64,000 nucleotides of DNA from Camelus dromedarius. Taxonomy: Eukaryota. Location of the stretch: positions 33,172,001 through 33,236,000 of the forward strand of contig NC_087447.1 in assembly GCF_036321535.1 (NCBI RefSeq). The letters are read 5' to 3'. The translations under genes were made by a program, and so were the position numbers. The notes beneath the pieces are model-generated. The model was not told where the DNA came from. It ran no database searches and was given only the letters and a program-made list of their open reading frames with translations. Shown here piece by piece: positions 63,273-64,000 of the stretch (its first letter is position 1; every line of letters starts with the position of its first letter).

Positions 63273-64000
63273 TTTGAATCTTTTATTATTAAGCTCCAGC
63301 TCTTTCAATATATGCTGTTCTTAAAGATACTATACCTAATAATAGGACAGTAGGTTGGGAGAGAGAATATTGTAACAGTGTTCTTCCTCCTAGAGCCAAC
63401 ACATCCTGTATCTGAGTGAATCTCTGTCATTAGTCTCCCAGTGAGCTGGAGGTTTTGTCTTAAATCCAAGTACCATCTAACAAAGGCTCCTCCATCGGAT
63501 ATTCTCAAAAAGATGTTTGTTGAGGTCCATATAAAAATAAATCCATTTATTCTGCAATTAGGTCAAGAAAGCCAACACTGAAGCAGACCTCTCTGCACTT
63601 ACAGCACTGATCTCATCCCTAAGTCGTCCCACTCAAGATACCTGGGCTTCTCGCTGAGCTCAAGGTCACACAGCTGAACGTGCCAGAGCCACGCCCAAAT
63701 CTCAGACACCCTACCCCCAAGGTTCACTGCTGCTTGTCAGAAATACGCTACCACATCATCAAACAAAATACCTCTGCTAGACCTGGAGGGACAAACAGTG
63801 AACAAGCAAACAGGGGGAACCCCAAAGCCTTTCTCCATTATTTATGATCTCCATCATGGCTGTATTTTGCTTACCCACCTAGAGACGGGTGTTAACCATA
63901 ACACTCGCACCATCACCCATGATGAATGATGCTGCTGAATCTGGGAACATGAACTCACCTTTATGCACCCCACTGAGAGCAAATGTTTCTGGGCCATTTA

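Larger units (their letters stand above)
38317..64000 (-). other. NELL1: NELL1 intron upstream of the exon (continues beyond the window)
   Basis: No preceding EGF exon was recognised. The region is repeat-rich. Confidence 0.75.

Noticed and set aside
1..64000. A novel multi-gene or prokaryote-type system
   Set aside because: The sequence is mammalian intron dominated by transposon fossils. There are no long intact ORFs and no operon-like organisation.

Overview
This is mammalian genomic DNA, not microbial. It is most likely from a camelid, inferred from tRNA-Ala-derived Vic-1-like SINEs and the young L1 3' ends. The whole window appears to lie inside the NELL1 gene on the minus strand. The only coding sequence I can support is one 126-nt phase 1-1 exon (38191-38316) encoding a calcium-binding EGF module, DIDECAAKMHYCHANTVCVNLPGLYRCDCVPGYIRVDDFSCT. 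The rest is intron filled with L1, L2, MIR, SINE, ERV1/MaLR/ERVL LTRs, DNA transposon fossils and simple repeats. Almost all ORFs in the supplied track are spurious. The most unusual structure is a ~650-bp locus-specific inverted duplication (56727-57369 / 61093-61755). The derived copy replaces most of ORF2 of an old L1. Its central ~260 bp is about 99% identical between arms while the flanks are clearly diverged, which suggests gene conversion or recurrent inversion. I see no evidence of a novel protein-coding system. Repeat family names were recognised by eye, and repeat boundaries are approximate unless a TSD is cited.
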